A stretch of DNA of 64,000 bases from a virus. Its lineage: Duplodnaviria > Caudoviricetes. Within the stretch, counting starts at the first letter, position 1. Every line of letters begins with the position of its first letter. Position numbers and translations under genes: made by a program. The stretch spans positions 1-64,000 of the IMG/VR virus record IMGVR_UViG_3300033072_000473; one strand, 5' to 3'. The notes beneath the pieces are model-generated. The model worked only from the letters and a program-made list of their open reading frames with translations, was not told the origin of the DNA and ran no database searches. This document shows positions 9,852 through 20,396 of the stretch, in pieces.

Positions 9852-11201
9852 ATGGCTGTTAATTTAAGTCGTAATACAAAAGTTTACTTTAGTACTGCAC
9901 AGACTCCAGCACTGGCTACTTGCCAAGAACTACAGATTTTGGATGGCTTCAGCTTTTCTCAGTCAGTAGATGCTGCAACTATTCAGGTTTCTGAAGCTGG
10001 AAGTTCTCCAGTACGTGGTCAAAGATCTTTTAATAATAAGCTAAACCCAGTTGAATGGAGCTTTAGCACATATGTACGCCCTAATAAGTCTACTAACGTA
10101 ACCGCTCCAGAAAAGTTTTTATGGAACGCCTTACTAGGTGCACAAGCTATTGATGGTACCGGCGTAGCCTTTACAGCAGCTTCTACAACTGCTCCATCAG
10201 GTGCTCAAACTACTTATTTGGCTACTGTAACAGTAGCTTCACATAACTTCTCTATTGGGGATGCTATTAGAGTAGTAGGTTTAACAGGTGGTTTACTTGA
10301 ATTAAACGGTAGTTGGACAGTTACAGCTACTACAGCTACTACTATTACTTTTGATTTAGATACTACTGTTGCACCTACTGCAGGTACTCCAGTTTATACA
10401 GCTGCAAAAGCTTATCGTGGTCAATGGTACGAAAGTACTACTTCTGCAGTAGCTTCTACAGTTGGTTCTAATGTTAATCAGCTACAAGACTTCTACTTAT
10501 TCTTTGTTGTAGATAATACTACATATAGATTAGATAAGTGTGCATTAAATCAGGCAGAACTAAGCTTTGATTTAACTGGTATTGCTACTATTGCTTGGTC
10601 TGGTATGGCTACAACTCTAACAGAAGTTGCTGCTAATACAATTAACCCAGGTACAAATGCAACTGCATTTAGTTTATCTGCTACAAGCGATACATTTATT
10701 ACCAATAAGCTGAGTACTATTGTACTTAAATCTACAATTGGTGGTAATGGTACAGGTAATAAAACCTATACAGTTCCTATTACTGGTGGTACTTTCACTT
10801 ATAGTAATAATATTGAGTATGTAACTCCAGATACCCTAAGTTCTGTAGACTCTCCAATCGGTTATTTTACAGGTACACGTTCTGTTTCTGGTAATTTAAC
10901 TGCGTACTTAAAGACTGGTACTAATGAAAGTTCAACACTATTAAGCGATATGCTTACTGCTGCTGCTACTACTGTTGAGCCTAAGTACTACTTAGAAGTT
11001 TCTGTTGGTGGTAAAACAAATACTACTCGTGTAGAGCTTTTAATGAATGGTGTTAGCTTACAGATTCCATCTGTAGACGTTCAAGATGTTGTTTCAACTA
11101 CTATTAACTTCAATGCACAAGGACACTTCAATAGCGCAACTGCTGGTGGATTTGACCTTGCCAATGCAAACGATTTACTAGTTAGCTATTATCACGCATA
11201 A
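9852..11201 (+). CDS. Major tail tube protein (T5 pb6-like)
   Basis: LSRNTKVYFST, ILDGFSFSQ, NPVEWSFSTYVRP and FTGTRSVSGNLTAYL motifs; 449 aa. Confidence 0.8.
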   Translation: MAVNLSRNTKVYFSTAQTPALATCQELQILDGFSFSQSVDAATIQVSEAGSSPVRGQRSFNNKLNPVEWSFSTYVRPNKSTNVTAPEKFLWNALLGAQAIDGTGVAFTAASTTAPSGAQTTYLATVTVASHNFSIGDAIRVVGLTGGLLELNGSWTVTATTATTITFDLDTTVAPTAGTPVYTAAKAYRGQWYESTTSAVASTVGSNVNQLQDFYLFFVVDNTTYRLDKCALNQAELSFDLTGIATIAWSGMATTLTEVAANTINPGTNATAFSLSATSDTFITNKLSTIVLKSTIGGNGTGNKTYTVPITGGTFTYSNNIEYVTPDTLSSVDSPIGYFTGTRSVSGNLTAYLKTGTNESSTLLSDMLTAAATTVEPKYYLEVSVGGKTNTTRVELLMNGVSLQIPSVDVQDVVSTTINFNAQGHFNSATAGGFDLANANDLLVSYYHA

Positions 11202-11212
11202 TTGATAAAATT

Positions 11213-11232
11213 GGGAGGGCTAGCGCCCTCCC
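11213..11232 (+). terminator. GC-rich hairpin after the tail tube gene
   Basis: gggagggc-tagc-gccctccc. Confidence 0.5.
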
Positions 11233-11251
11233 TCGTATAAATTAAAGGAAA

Positions 11252-11680
11252 ATGTCAGTAATTTCATTACAATCTCTACTAACACCTGAAAAGGTTGTAG
11301 AAGTAGACTACCCTGGCTTTGAAGGGTTTAAACTAAAAGTTGCTTTTTTATCTCGCGAAGAAATTATCAAAATTCGTAAAAAGTGTACTGTGACCAAATT
11401 TGATAAGCGTACACGCCAGCCAGTAGATGAGCTTGATGAAGAACTATTCTTAAAGACTTATGTATCTGCTATTATTAAGGGTTGGTCAGGTCTAAAATTT
11501 AAGTATTTACAAGATTTAATGCTTGTAGATTTATCAACAGTTGAAGATGTTGAAAAAGAGCTAGAGTACAATCAAGATAATGCTTTAGTTCTAATGAAAA
11601 ATTCGCAGGAATTAGACGGATTTGTAACTGACATTACAAGCAATCTAGCAAATTTTACGAAGTACAGTTCAGCGAGTTAA
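11252..11680 (+). CDS. Tail assembly chaperone (upstream ORF)
   Basis: 142 aa between tail tube and tape measure genes; SD aagga. Confidence 0.75.
   Translation: MSVISLQSLLTPEKVVEVDYPGFEGFKLKVAFLSREEIIKIRKKCTVTKFDKRTRQPVDELDEELFLKTYVSAIIKGWSGLKFKYLQDLMLVDLSTVEDVEKELEYNQDNALVLMKNSQELDGFVTDITSNLANFTKYSSAS
11650..11656 (+). promoter_or_regulatory. -1 programmed frameshift heptamer A AAT TTT
   Basis: XXXYYYZ heptamer in the correct phase near the ORF end; the -1 frame is open from 11632 through 12024. Confidence 0.65.
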
Positions 11681-11721
11681 CTGAACTGTTAAAAAATTAT
11701 ATACAAAATAGAAATATTGGT

Positions 11722-12024
11722 ATGACAAAGGAAGCCTACCTAGACATGTGTGAACAACTAGGTAGTCAACCCCAAGAAAAAGAAATACCAGTAATGCTAG
11801 AAGATATGCCTATTGATATAGAACTAGCCTACAATGTATATAATTTATTGCCAGATAAAATCGATTCCTTTAACGGTGTCTATTATGGTAAAGAATTAGA
11901 CAAGGCACCACTAATGCTAGAATTTTTGGAGATACAATCTAAAAAGGATATATTTAAAATAATTATCATAATAGACTCTCTCGAAAGAGAAGAGATAAAT
12001 AGAAGGAAAAAAGATGGCAGATAG
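11722..12024 (+). CDS. Tail assembly chaperone, downstream (-1 frame) part
   Basis: Lacks its own SD; reachable by -1 slip from the upstream ORF, as for lambda G/GT. Confidence 0.65.
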   Translation: MTKEAYLDMCEQLGSQPQEKEIPVMLEDMPIDIELAYNVYNLLPDKIDSFNGVYYGKELDKAPLMLEFLEIQSKKDIFKIIIIIDSLEREEINRRKKDGR

Positions 12025-15000
12025 AACTATTACAGTTGATGTTCAATCTAATTTAAGAGAGCAAACGCAAGAAGCTAGAAATCTTAATAGAGAATTAGAT
12101 AGGGCAGAAACCCAGCGTTCTACCTCCCGTACTGGATCAAGAGCCGCTGATGCGGCTCTTGGCGCTTCTGGAGGTGGTACTACAGGTATGGGTCGTGGTA
12201 CTACAGGAGCCGGAGGACGAGGGGATGAACGAGATTTTGCAAGACAAGCCCAGGGTTTAGGTGGATTAGTACACGTTTATGCTACATTTGCTGCTAATAT
12301 ATACGCTGTAACTGCGGCATTTAATGCACTACAAAAGGCCGCTGATACTACCGCAATGGTACAAGGTGCTGATACCCTATCAGCAAGATATGGGGTATCA
12401 TTAAAGAACGTTAGTAAAGAGTTAAAGGATATTTCTGGTCAAGCATTAAGTACTGCTGATGCATTATCCTTTGCTAACTTAGGTGCTTCTGCTGGTGTTA
12501 CTCAAGCCCAAATGGGTCAATTAGCTACTGTAGCCACCGGAGCTTCCAAGGCTTTAGGTAGAGACCTTAATGATGCAATGCAGCGCATCTATAGAGGTGC
12601 TATCAAACTAGAACCAGAACTACTTGATGAATTAGGTATTATGGTAAAGGTTGATGAAGCATCGGCTAACTATGCAAGAACTCTAGGAAAAACGTCTTTA
12701 CAATTAACTGATGTAGAAAAACGTCAAGCTTTTACCAATGCTGTTATAGAGCAGGGTATAAGAAAGTTTGGTGATGCAGCGGATATTGCAGCTAACCCCT
12801 ATACTAAATTAACAGCATCTATTAAAGATTTAGGTCAAAATTCCTTAGAAGTTGTTAATAAAGGGCTAGGCCCTATAGTTAATTTACTATCTCAAAGCCC
12901 AACAGCATTAGTAGCAGTAGCTACTGTACTAATTGGTAAATTAGCTAAAATGGCTATGCCAGATATTCTTCCTAGAGCAGAGGAGCGATTTAAAAAAGCC
13001 AGTGACCAGCTAGAGTTGGCCGCAAAAAGCTTAAAGCAAGCTAATAGGGATGTTGCAAAAGCTTTTGAAGAAACTTCGGCCTTCAAATTTATATCTAGTG
13101 AAGATCAAACCAAACTAGGTAAACGTGTAGTAGAAACTAGTAGAAAGTTACGCGATTCTTTATTATCTGATATTGAAAAGAGTGATGGTACCGGTAAAGT
13201 ACAACTTTCAGTTGATACTGAAAAGCTACGTAAAGAACTAGAAGTATCTTTAACCAAGGCTATAAAAAGTGCAGAAAATATTGCTGGCAGAAGTGGTACT
13301 ACTGAAAAAACTATTGCAAGTAAGCTAAAATTAGCTTCAGAAGCTAGCTTACAACTAGAACTTGTAAAGAGCCTAGAAGGCGGCCTAGATAAGCTTGCTG
13401 ATAAAGAGCTTATAACTGGTGAGGCTAGAAAGGCAGAAAATATCGCTACTGTAGCTGTACTTAAAGAACAGCGCGATATAAAAGTTGCTCAACTTCAGCA
13501 TGAGGGTAAACATCTACAAGCTATAAAAGCAGCTTGGGAAGGCCAAAAAGCTATTACCGCTGAGTTAAAGAAACAAGCTGAAAGCTATGGCAAAACGGGT
13601 ATGTCAGGTATACCTACTGCAGCCGCGGGTACCGTAACCCCAATTATAGCAGCAGCAAGAACAGCTGGAACAAGCATTTTAGGTTTGCTTGGCCGTCTAG
13701 GTACTTATGCAGCTATAGCTTCATTAGCGATTGAAGCTACTATGCAGGTAGCCAAATCTTTAGGCTGGATGACAGATGCTTTTGAAAAAGTTAATGACTC
13801 ATATGATAAAACACAGAGTACCCTAAAGACCTTAGAAGAAGGCTTAACAAAGCTTGGAAAAGCTAAAAGTCTTCAGGACATATTTGAGCTTAAAGAAGGA
13901 CAACTAAAACTTTTAGCAGAAGCAGCAAAACAAGTAGATGATTTAAAAACAAAACTTGATGAGGCAAATACTAAAGGAACTAGTTTAGATAAAGCCTTAG
14001 ATTGGTTAAAGGGTTTATCTTTTATACCTGGAAAAAGTGGGCAACAACAATATGCTTCAACAGTAGCAGAAACTGCTGTAAAAATGGAGAGTACTGGTCA
14101 ACTTGATCTGGCTAAACCTAGAAAAGAACTAGAAAATTTACTATTAAAGCAACTACCTGCATGGGCACAAGATAGTCAAAAACGCGCTTTCTCAAAAATG
14201 ACTTTTGAGAAGCTAGTTGAAGAAGCTCAGAAATTTACAGACGTATCACCAGAAGTACAGTCTTGGCTATCTAGTCTTTCTAAAGAGATTACAACAACTG
14301 GTAAACGTAGTGCTGAAGCTGCTGCTTATATGGAACAAGCTTCTAGCTCTCAAAAAGAATTAAATAAGCTAACAAAAGACTATATAAATAGTTTAATACC
14401 TCAAACAACTCAGACAAGACTATTAGCAGAAGCTGGAAAGGCTCTTATAGTGAGCTTAAGTAATATAGATGCTGCAGCTGAGTCTTTACAAGGGTTTAAT
14501 GAGGATATGCTTATTCTTGCCCAGTATCAAGATAGTGTAGGTAAAAAAGATCTAGACAACGCTAAAAAGAATCTAGCTTTAATCGATCAAGCCTTATCTA
14601 AAGGAGAACTTACTAAAGATGAAGCGGATAAGATGAAAGCAAGAAATATTGAAGAATATAATGTCAGATCTAGAATGGTAGATGTGGTAAATAGTCTTCG
14701 TAAGTCTACAGAAGCTACAGCTACTGCGGCTACTAATGCTGAAATAAATATTGCTAAATTAAATGCTAGATTACGCGTATTAGGTACAGAAGAAGGTGCT
14801 TTTGGTGGCGCCACCTTGCAATCTGCAAAAGCTAGACTAGACATTGAAGAACGTATTAGAAAAGAAGAAGAAACTTCTTTAAACGAGCAAAGAAAGCTAA
14901 TGCAATCTATAGTTAGTGGTAAAACTACTAGTATAGGTGCTATGATGGGTACAGGTACACTAAGTACAACTGATACTTTAGCTCAGCTATCAACTAAAAC

Positions 15001-16759
15001 TACTCAACTAGCTAGAGAAGCGGAAAATGCAGCTACACCAGAGGCTAGAGAAAAAGCTTTGGCAAGTTTAAAAGAGTATACTGCTGCATATGATAGTTTA
15101 TACACTGCAAAGATGGCAGATTATGCTTTAGAGGGTAAATTAAAAGTTGTGCAAGCTAAAAAACTTACTGAAATAGAGCGTGAAATACTATTGGGTAAAG
15201 CTGCTGAAGCACAACGTAGAAGAAATGCTGAAAATACTCTTAGTGTAAATGAAGCTGCATATAACCAAGCTAAAGACTATAATGATGCTTTAACTAAGCT
15301 TATACCTACTTTAACCGATATTAATGCTTTAGATTTGGAAAGATTTGCTATTGCTATGGACATTGGCAAAGCTTTAGAACTACAAAAACAAGCAGAAAAT
15401 GACTATATTAGGGCTGTACAAGCTCTTGGTAAACTAAAACCAGGTTCTCCAGATTATAGTGTAGTTCAACAAGGCGTACAAGATGCCACAGCAGGACTTA
15501 TAAAAGCTAATGCTGGGCTAGAGTCTCTTTCCAATAATACTCAAGCTAGGATTGCATCTGCCACTTCTAAACAGTTTAAAGCTATTCAAGATTTTACAGT
15601 TAATAATACGCAAATGCAGCTAGATGCTAATAAGCAAATAGCCGAAAGTACTGCTGCAAGTTCTGCAGATAGAGCTACTGCCGCTGCTAGCATTGTAAAA
15701 TTAACCACACAGGAATACGATTTAAAACTTAAAACTGCTCAAACTGATATAGAACTAGTAAAGACACAACTAGAACTATTAAAAGGTCAAGAAGATACAG
15801 TAACCTATAAAGCTTTAGAGGAAGAATTAAGTACGAGAATACTTAATAATAAAGTACTAGAGCTACAAAAAGAAAAAGCTATACGAGAATTAAGAATGGA
15901 TGCTGCTGAGAAAGGTATGAAAGCAGCGGAAGAGTCTGGATCTGGTATGCTGACTGCTGAGTACTGGTCTAACTTAGGAGATTATGCAAAAGAATATTAT
16001 TCTAAGCTTAAAGTACAGTCCAAAGCTATTGGAGCAACATTTGTAGAGTCTATGAGTAGTGGCATTGATACTATTAGTAATGGCTTAGCAAATATGCTCC
16101 AAAAGAATGAGTTTTCTTGGAAAAATCTAGGAACACTAATACGCAACACTTTTAGCGATATATTCAAAGATTTAGCTGCAGAATTTATGAAGATGGCACT
16201 TAAAATGGCTATGTTTGGCTCCGGAGGACCTGCTAGTGGTGGTGGACTTACTGGTTTATTAGGTATTGCAGTAAAAGGAGCTCTAGCATACTTTACAGGT
16301 GGTGCATCTGTAGCTACAGATGCGGCCAGCGCAGCAGCTATATATGGTACAAATATTGGTAGTGAGCAAACCTCTATGCTTTTAGCACAAGACCTAGCAT
16401 TTAAAGCTAATGGTGGCATAGTTGGTCCAAAGGGGGAAATACAGCTTAATAAATATGCTAAAGGAGGTATTGCCGATAGTCCTCAACTTGCTATATTCGG
16501 AGAGGGTCGTCAGAATGAGGCATACGTGCCTTTACCGGACAACCGCTCAATACCTGTTACTCTTACTGGCGGCGGAGGTTCCAATGTGGCTGTAGGTGAT
16601 ACCTATATTACCGTTAATGTTGAGTCTGGAGGCAATACTGATGTTGATATTAATAATAATGTTGAAATGGCCAAGTCTTTATCCATTGCTATTAAGAAAA
16701 CCGTTCAGGATGAATTTATTAGGGCTTCTAGACCAGGAGGTATGTTCTATGGGAAATAA
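12014..16759 (+). CDS. Tape measure protein
   Basis: 1581 aa, helical and Ala/Lys/Glu-rich; C-terminal ANGGI...YAKGGI...IFGEG..NEAYVPL motif. Confidence 0.9.
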   Translation: MADRTITVDVQSNLREQTQEARNLNRELDRAETQRSTSRTGSRAADAALGASGGGTTGMGRGTTGAGGRGDERDFARQAQGLGGLVHVYATFAANIYAVTAAFNALQKAADTTAMVQGADTLSARYGVSLKNVSKELKDISGQALSTADALSFANLGASAGVTQAQMGQLATVATGASKALGRDLNDAMQRIYRGAIKLEPELLDELGIMVKVDEASANYARTLGKTSLQLTDVEKRQAFTNAVIEQGIRKFGDAADIAANPYTKLTASIKDLGQNSLEVVNKGLGPIVNLLSQSPTALVAVATVLIGKLAKMAMPDILPRAEERFKKASDQLELAAKSLKQANRDVAKAFEETSAFKFISSEDQTKLGKRVVETSRKLRDSLLSDIEKSDGTGKVQLSVDTEKLRKELEVSLTKAIKSAENIAGRSGTTEKTIASKLKLASEASLQLELVKSLEGGLDKLADKELITGEARKAENIATVAVLKEQRDIKVAQLQHEGKHLQAIKAAWEGQKAITAELKKQAESYGKTGMSGIPTAAAGTVTPIIAAARTAGTSILGLLGRLGTYAAIASLAIEATMQVAKSLGWMTDAFEKVNDSYDKTQSTLKTLEEGLTKLGKAKSLQDIFELKEGQLKLLAEAAKQVDDLKTKLDEANTKGTSLDKALDWLKGLSFIPGKSGQQQYASTVAETAVKMESTGQLDLAKPRKELENLLLKQLPAWAQDSQKRAFSKMTFEKLVEEAQKFTDVSPEVQSWLSSLSKEITTTGKRSAEAAAYMEQASSSQKELNKLTKDYINSLIPQTTQTRLLAEAGKALIVSLSNIDAAAESLQGFNEDMLILAQYQDSVGKKDLDNAKKNLALIDQALSKGELTKDEADKMKARNIEEYNVRSRMVDVVNSLRKSTEATATAATNAEINIAKLNARLRVLGTEEGAFGGATLQSAKARLDIEERIRKEEETSLNEQRKLMQSIVSGKTTSIGAMMGTGTLSTTDTLAQLSTKTTQLAREAENAATPEAREKALASLKEYTAAYDSLYTAKMADYALEGKLKVVQAKKLTEIEREILLGKAAEAQRRRNAENTLSVNEAAYNQAKDYNDALTKLIPTLTDINALDLERFAIAMDIGKALELQKQAENDYIRAVQALGKLKPGSPDYSVVQQGVQDATAGLIKANAGLESLSNNTQARIASATSKQFKAIQDFTVNNTQMQLDANKQIAESTAASSADRATAAASIVKLTTQEYDLKLKTAQTDIELVKTQLELLKGQEDTVTYKALEEELSTRILNNKVLELQKEKAIRELRMDAAEKGMKAAEESGSGMLTAEYWSNLGDYAKEYYSKLKVQSKAIGATFVESMSSGIDTISNGLANMLQKNEFSWKNLGTLIRNTFSDIFKDLAAEFMKMALKMAMFGSGGPASGGGLTGLLGIAVKGALAYFTGGASVATDAASAAAIYGTNIGSEQTSMLLAQDLAFKANGGIVGPKGEIQLNKYAKGGIADSPQLAIFGEGRQNEAYVPLPDNRSIPVTLTGGGGSNVAVGDTYITVNVESGGNTDVDINNNVEMAKSLSIAIKKTVQDEFIRASRPGGMFYGK

Positions 16760-16762
16760 TTA

Positions 16763-17110
16763 ATGGCATATACATTTACATATGTACCATCCAAAGCATT
16801 TACAGCTACTTCAAAACCACGAGTAGCTGTATCTCAATTTGGTGATGGGTACTCACAACGTGTTGGTATGGGCATAAATAGGATTGTAAAGGAATGGAAC
16901 TTAGTATTTAAGTCTAAGTCTATATCTGATGCTAATAGTATAATTGCATTTTTTGATGCCAGAGCTGCTGTAGAAGGGTTTCTATGGCAGCCTCCTGGTG
17001 AGTCTACTACTTATTCAGTACTATGTACTGAATGGTCAAAAACGTATGACTCTAATATTAGTGCAACTGTACAAGCAAAATTTACACAAATATTTGATGC
17101 ATTAACGTAA
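16763..17110 (+). CDS. Minor tail protein M-like (distal tail)
   Basis: PRVAVSQFGDGYSQR..MGIN...WNLVF...FLWQPP; 115 aa, directly after TMP. Confidence 0.85.
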   Translation: MAYTFTYVPSKAFTATSKPRVAVSQFGDGYSQRVGMGINRIVKEWNLVFKSKSISDANSIIAFFDARAAVEGFLWQPPGESTTYSVLCTEWSKTYDSNISATVQAKFTQIFDALT

Positions 17111-17116
17111 TTTTGG

Positions 17117-17145
17117 TTGAAAATTTTCGGGCTATGTGATATAAT
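17117..17145 (+). promoter_or_regulatory. sigma70-type promoter inside a 14-bp inverted repeat
   Basis: TTGAAA-17-TATAAT; arms aattttcgggctat (17122-17135) and atagcccgaaaatt (17144-17157). Confidence 0.7.
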
Positions 17146-17168
17146 AGCCCGAAAATTAGGAGAAAAAT

Positions 17169-18374
17169 ATGTCAGTTTTACAAGATATTGCAAAATTAAA
17201 CGCAGGTACTTTAATGATTTTCTATGCACTGGACTTATCTCCATGCATAGGAAAATTTGGACAAACAACAACAGAAAAATTCCTGTGGTGTGATGGAGTT
17301 AACGAGCTTGGTAATGATGTAGTCTGGAGTGGTGCACTACCAGGAATTACAGGATATGATACAGTATCAGCAAGAACTTATACTAGGTATCCAATACAAA
17401 GCTCAGGTTTTGATAGAACTGGTGATGGTACTATTCCTCGACCAAAACTTGCCATTGCTAATACCTCAGGTATTATAGGCGCCTTAGCTAGAGATTACAA
17501 TGATTTAGTAGGCGCTAGACTGGTAAGAGTTCGTACCTTTTTAAAGTATATAGATGGTGTCAACTTTTCTAAATTAAATTTATTATTAAATAGTAACAAT
17601 ACTAATACTACATCCTACTTTACTAATCAAGTAACTAAGGGTGCTAGCAACTTAGTTACTGTTACAGCAATTACTGATCCTTATATTGGTCAGCTCGTTA
17701 CTGGGTTTAATACTATCAAAGATAGGGTATTCTCATTTGGAGTAAAAGCTTCCACAACTACGGCAGTTGGTAAATATTTAAGATTATTTATTTATTCAGG
17801 TAATACGGACGAAGTATATTCTAAAGTAGTTGGCCCCTTAACTACTACGCCTACACTATTCACTTGTTCATACAAGTTCACTACCTCTATAAACTCGGGG
17901 GTTAATTTTAGGGTAGATATGGAGGCAGGCCCAGGTACTGCATGGGCAGTTAATAATACCCTTACTATAAGTAACTGGCAGGCGAATGAGGGCGATACCT
18001 TAGGTGAGTATATAGACACTACTTCTTCTAGAAACCCTAATGCTGATCCACTACAATATTTAGATAGAGAAATTTGGACAATAGATAGAAAAGCTACAGA
18101 AAATAGTGCCATAATGGAGTGGGAGCTTACAGCTCCATATGACTTAACTGGTGTAAAACTCCCTAAACGACAGTGTATACAAAATGCCTGTGTATGGAAG
18201 TATAAGAGTGCGGAGTGTAGCTATACTGGTACTAGTTATTTTGATAAAAATGACTTACCAGTAGCTAGTGCTTCTTTAGATGTATGTGCTAAACGCTTAA
18301 CCTCATGCAAAGCACGTTTTGGTACTACAGCTATTTTACCGTTCGGAGGATTTCCTTCAGTAGGACTTAATTAA
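17169..18374 (+). CDS. Minor tail protein L-like with an internal insertion
   Basis: YTRYPIQSSGF...PRPKLAIAN, VRVRTFLKYID, and C-terminal Cys set (C..W.Y...EC.Y...C.K.L..CK.RFG). Confidence 0.85.
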   Translation: MSVLQDIAKLNAGTLMIFYALDLSPCIGKFGQTTTEKFLWCDGVNELGNDVVWSGALPGITGYDTVSARTYTRYPIQSSGFDRTGDGTIPRPKLAIANTSGIIGALARDYNDLVGARLVRVRTFLKYIDGVNFSKLNLLLNSNNTNTTSYFTNQVTKGASNLVTVTAITDPYIGQLVTGFNTIKDRVFSFGVKASTTTAVGKYLRLFIYSGNTDEVYSKVVGPLTTTPTLFTCSYKFTTSINSGVNFRVDMEAGPGTAWAVNNTLTISNWQANEGDTLGEYIDTTSSRNPNADPLQYLDREIWTIDRKATENSAIMEWELTAPYDLTGVKLPKRQCIQNACVWKYKSAECSYTGTSYFDKNDLPVASASLDVCAKRLTSCKARFGTTAILPFGGFPSVGLN

Positions 18375-18375
18375 A

Positions 18376-19074
18376 ATGTTAGAAAGTATTGTAGACGAAG
18401 TTTATGCACACGCAGAAACCACATACCCAAATGAATGTTGTGGTTTAGCTATTATTTTTAAAGGTAAACTAAAATATATACCCTGTTCAAATATGCTTTC
18501 TGGAGATGCTTTCTGTATACCCGCGGAGGAGTATGCCAAAGCCGAAGATATGGGAGAAATAGTCGGTGTGTGTCATAGCCACGTTAATATTTCTCCAAAC
18601 CCTTCCCCAGCAGATTTAGTGGCTTGTGAGGCTACTCAATTACCTTGGTTAATTATATCTTACCCATCTAAACAATATATTATACATAAGCCTACAGGAT
18701 ATAAAGCGCCCTTAATTGGTAGACCTTTTTATCACGGAGTATTAGATTGTTACTCATTAGTAAGAGACTATTATATAGAAACTATTGGGTTAGACCTTGG
18801 TGATTTCCACAGAGATAATGAATGGTGGAATCTAGGTCAAGACTTATACATGGACAACCTTGAAAAGCAAGGCTTTGTAATTGTAGAAGATTTAAAATTA
18901 CATGATGGTATTTTAATGTGTTTGGGTAGTACCGTAGTTAATCATGCTGCAGTATATATTGGTGATGGTAAAATAATGCAACATTGTACTAATCGCCTAT
19001 CTAGCAGAGACATTTATGGGGGTTACTGGAGGAAGTATACTAAGTATATAGTACGACATAAGAGCTTATTATGA
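18376..19074 (+). CDS. Tail assembly protein K-like (JAB/MPN + NlpC/P60)
   Basis: PNECCG, HSH...PSPAD (JAB); DCYSLVRDYY and NHAAVY.GDG (NlpC/P60). Confidence 0.9.
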   Translation: MLESIVDEVYAHAETTYPNECCGLAIIFKGKLKYIPCSNMLSGDAFCIPAEEYAKAEDMGEIVGVCHSHVNISPNPSPADLVACEATQLPWLIISYPSKQYIIHKPTGYKAPLIGRPFYHGVLDCYSLVRDYYIETIGLDLGDFHRDNEWWNLGQDLYMDNLEKQGFVIVEDLKLHDGILMCLGSTVVNHAAVYIGDGKIMQHCTNRLSSRDIYGGYWRKYTKYIVRHKSLL

Positions 19075-19682
19075 TAAATATTAAACTATACGGACACTTA
19101 GGTAAACAATTTGGTAAGCTACATAGTTATACTGTACGAAATCCACTAGAAGCTATAAGAGCTTTAGAAGCTAACTATAAGGGGTTTAAACAAGCTCTAC
19201 TTAATGAAGCTATAGCTGGGTATAAAATAATTGTAGATGGGCAAGATAGATCAAATAAAGACGAGCTAGCTTACCCCGCAGATACTGAAATAAAGATAGT
19301 ACCTATAGTTAAAGGTAGTGGAAGTGATAGTAGTTGGATATCTATAGTTATTGGAGTTATTTTAATTGTAATAGCCTGGTGGAACCCTTATGGCTGGGGT
19401 GAACTAGCAGTTGGTGTGGCTGGTCCTGAATTGGTAGGTGGTGGAGCGTATATATCTGCTATGTATTATGTGGGGGTTGGCTTAGTAATAAGTGGGGTTA
19501 GTAGTCTATTAATCGAAAAACCTAAATTACAGGATGCTACTAAGGTAGAGCGGAATGAGGGTAACTACTTTAACGGGGCTTCAAATATGTCTTTAGCAGG
19601 TACTCCAGTACCTTTAGCATATGGAAAAATTATTACTGGTAGCGTAGTAGTCCATGCTACCATAAACACTTCGGAAGGGTAG
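19071..19682 (+). CDS. Tail assembly protein I-like, copy 1
   Basis: IKLYGHLGKQFG...EAIRAL...IKIVP..KG...G.PVPLAYG. Confidence 0.85.
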   Translation: MINIKLYGHLGKQFGKLHSYTVRNPLEAIRALEANYKGFKQALLNEAIAGYKIIVDGQDRSNKDELAYPADTEIKIVPIVKGSGSDSSWISIVIGVILIVIAWWNPYGWGELAVGVAGPELVGGGAYISAMYYVGVGLVISGVSSLLIEKPKLQDATKVERNEGNYFNGASNMSLAGTPVPLAYGKIITGSVVVHATINTSEG

Positions 19683-19683
19683 T

Positions 19684-20382
19684 ATGATAAATGTTAGACT
19701 ATACGGACACTTAGGCAAATTATTCGGGAGAACACATAGCTTAGCTGTTAAAACACCGACAGAAGCTGTACGGGCTTTACAAGCAAATTACTCAGGATTT
19801 AGAGCAGCACTACATGATAAAGGTGTTGCGGGGTATAAGATAATTATTGATTCAAAGGATAAATCTTCAGCGGAATACTTAGGTAGAGAGGCCTCCCAAG
19901 AAATAAAATTAGTCCCAGTATTAAAAGGTGCAGGGGGAAATAATAGTGGCATACTATATATTGTATTAGCTGTAGTTATAGCTGTAGTAGCATGGTATGC
20001 CCTACCTGCGTTATTTGGTACAGGAGGTACCTTTGCAGGTACAATGAGTGCTGGAACTATGGGGGCTATACAAAGTGGTATGTATCAAATGGCCGCGTCT
20101 TTAGCTTTAAGCGGTATTTCAGCGATGTTATACTCACCACCAGATTTACAAACAGCAACACAGGTAGAGCAAAATAAAGGGTATTACTTTAACGGACCTA
20201 GTAACCTATCTAGGCAGGGTTCACCTGTGCCATTAGCCTACGGGAAAGTAGTAGCTGGTAGTGTTACTATACATGCTGCTATATCTACTACGGAAGAGTC
20301 TTCTGCTACGATTACAACTAGTACGGGTATACGAGCTGTTTGGGATAAACTATACGACTTTATGGGTAGGTTAACTAGTTAA
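19684..20382 (+). CDS. Tail assembly protein I-like, copy 2
   Basis: VRLYGHLGKLFG...EAVRAL...IKLVP..KG...G.PVPLAYG; clear paralogue of copy 1. Confidence 0.85.
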   Translation: MINVRLYGHLGKLFGRTHSLAVKTPTEAVRALQANYSGFRAALHDKGVAGYKIIIDSKDKSSAEYLGREASQEIKLVPVLKGAGGNNSGILYIVLAVVIAVVAWYALPALFGTGGTFAGTMSAGTMGAIQSGMYQMAASLALSGISAMLYSPPDLQTATQVEQNKGYYFNGPSNLSRQGSPVPLAYGKVVAGSVTIHAAISTTEESSATITTSTGIRAVWDKLYDFMGRLTS

Positions 20383-20396
20383 TTAAGGAATATTTA

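Noticed and set aside
11650-11656. Chaperone frameshift as a novel finding
   Set aside because: Standard for long-tailed phages; listed as a feature only.
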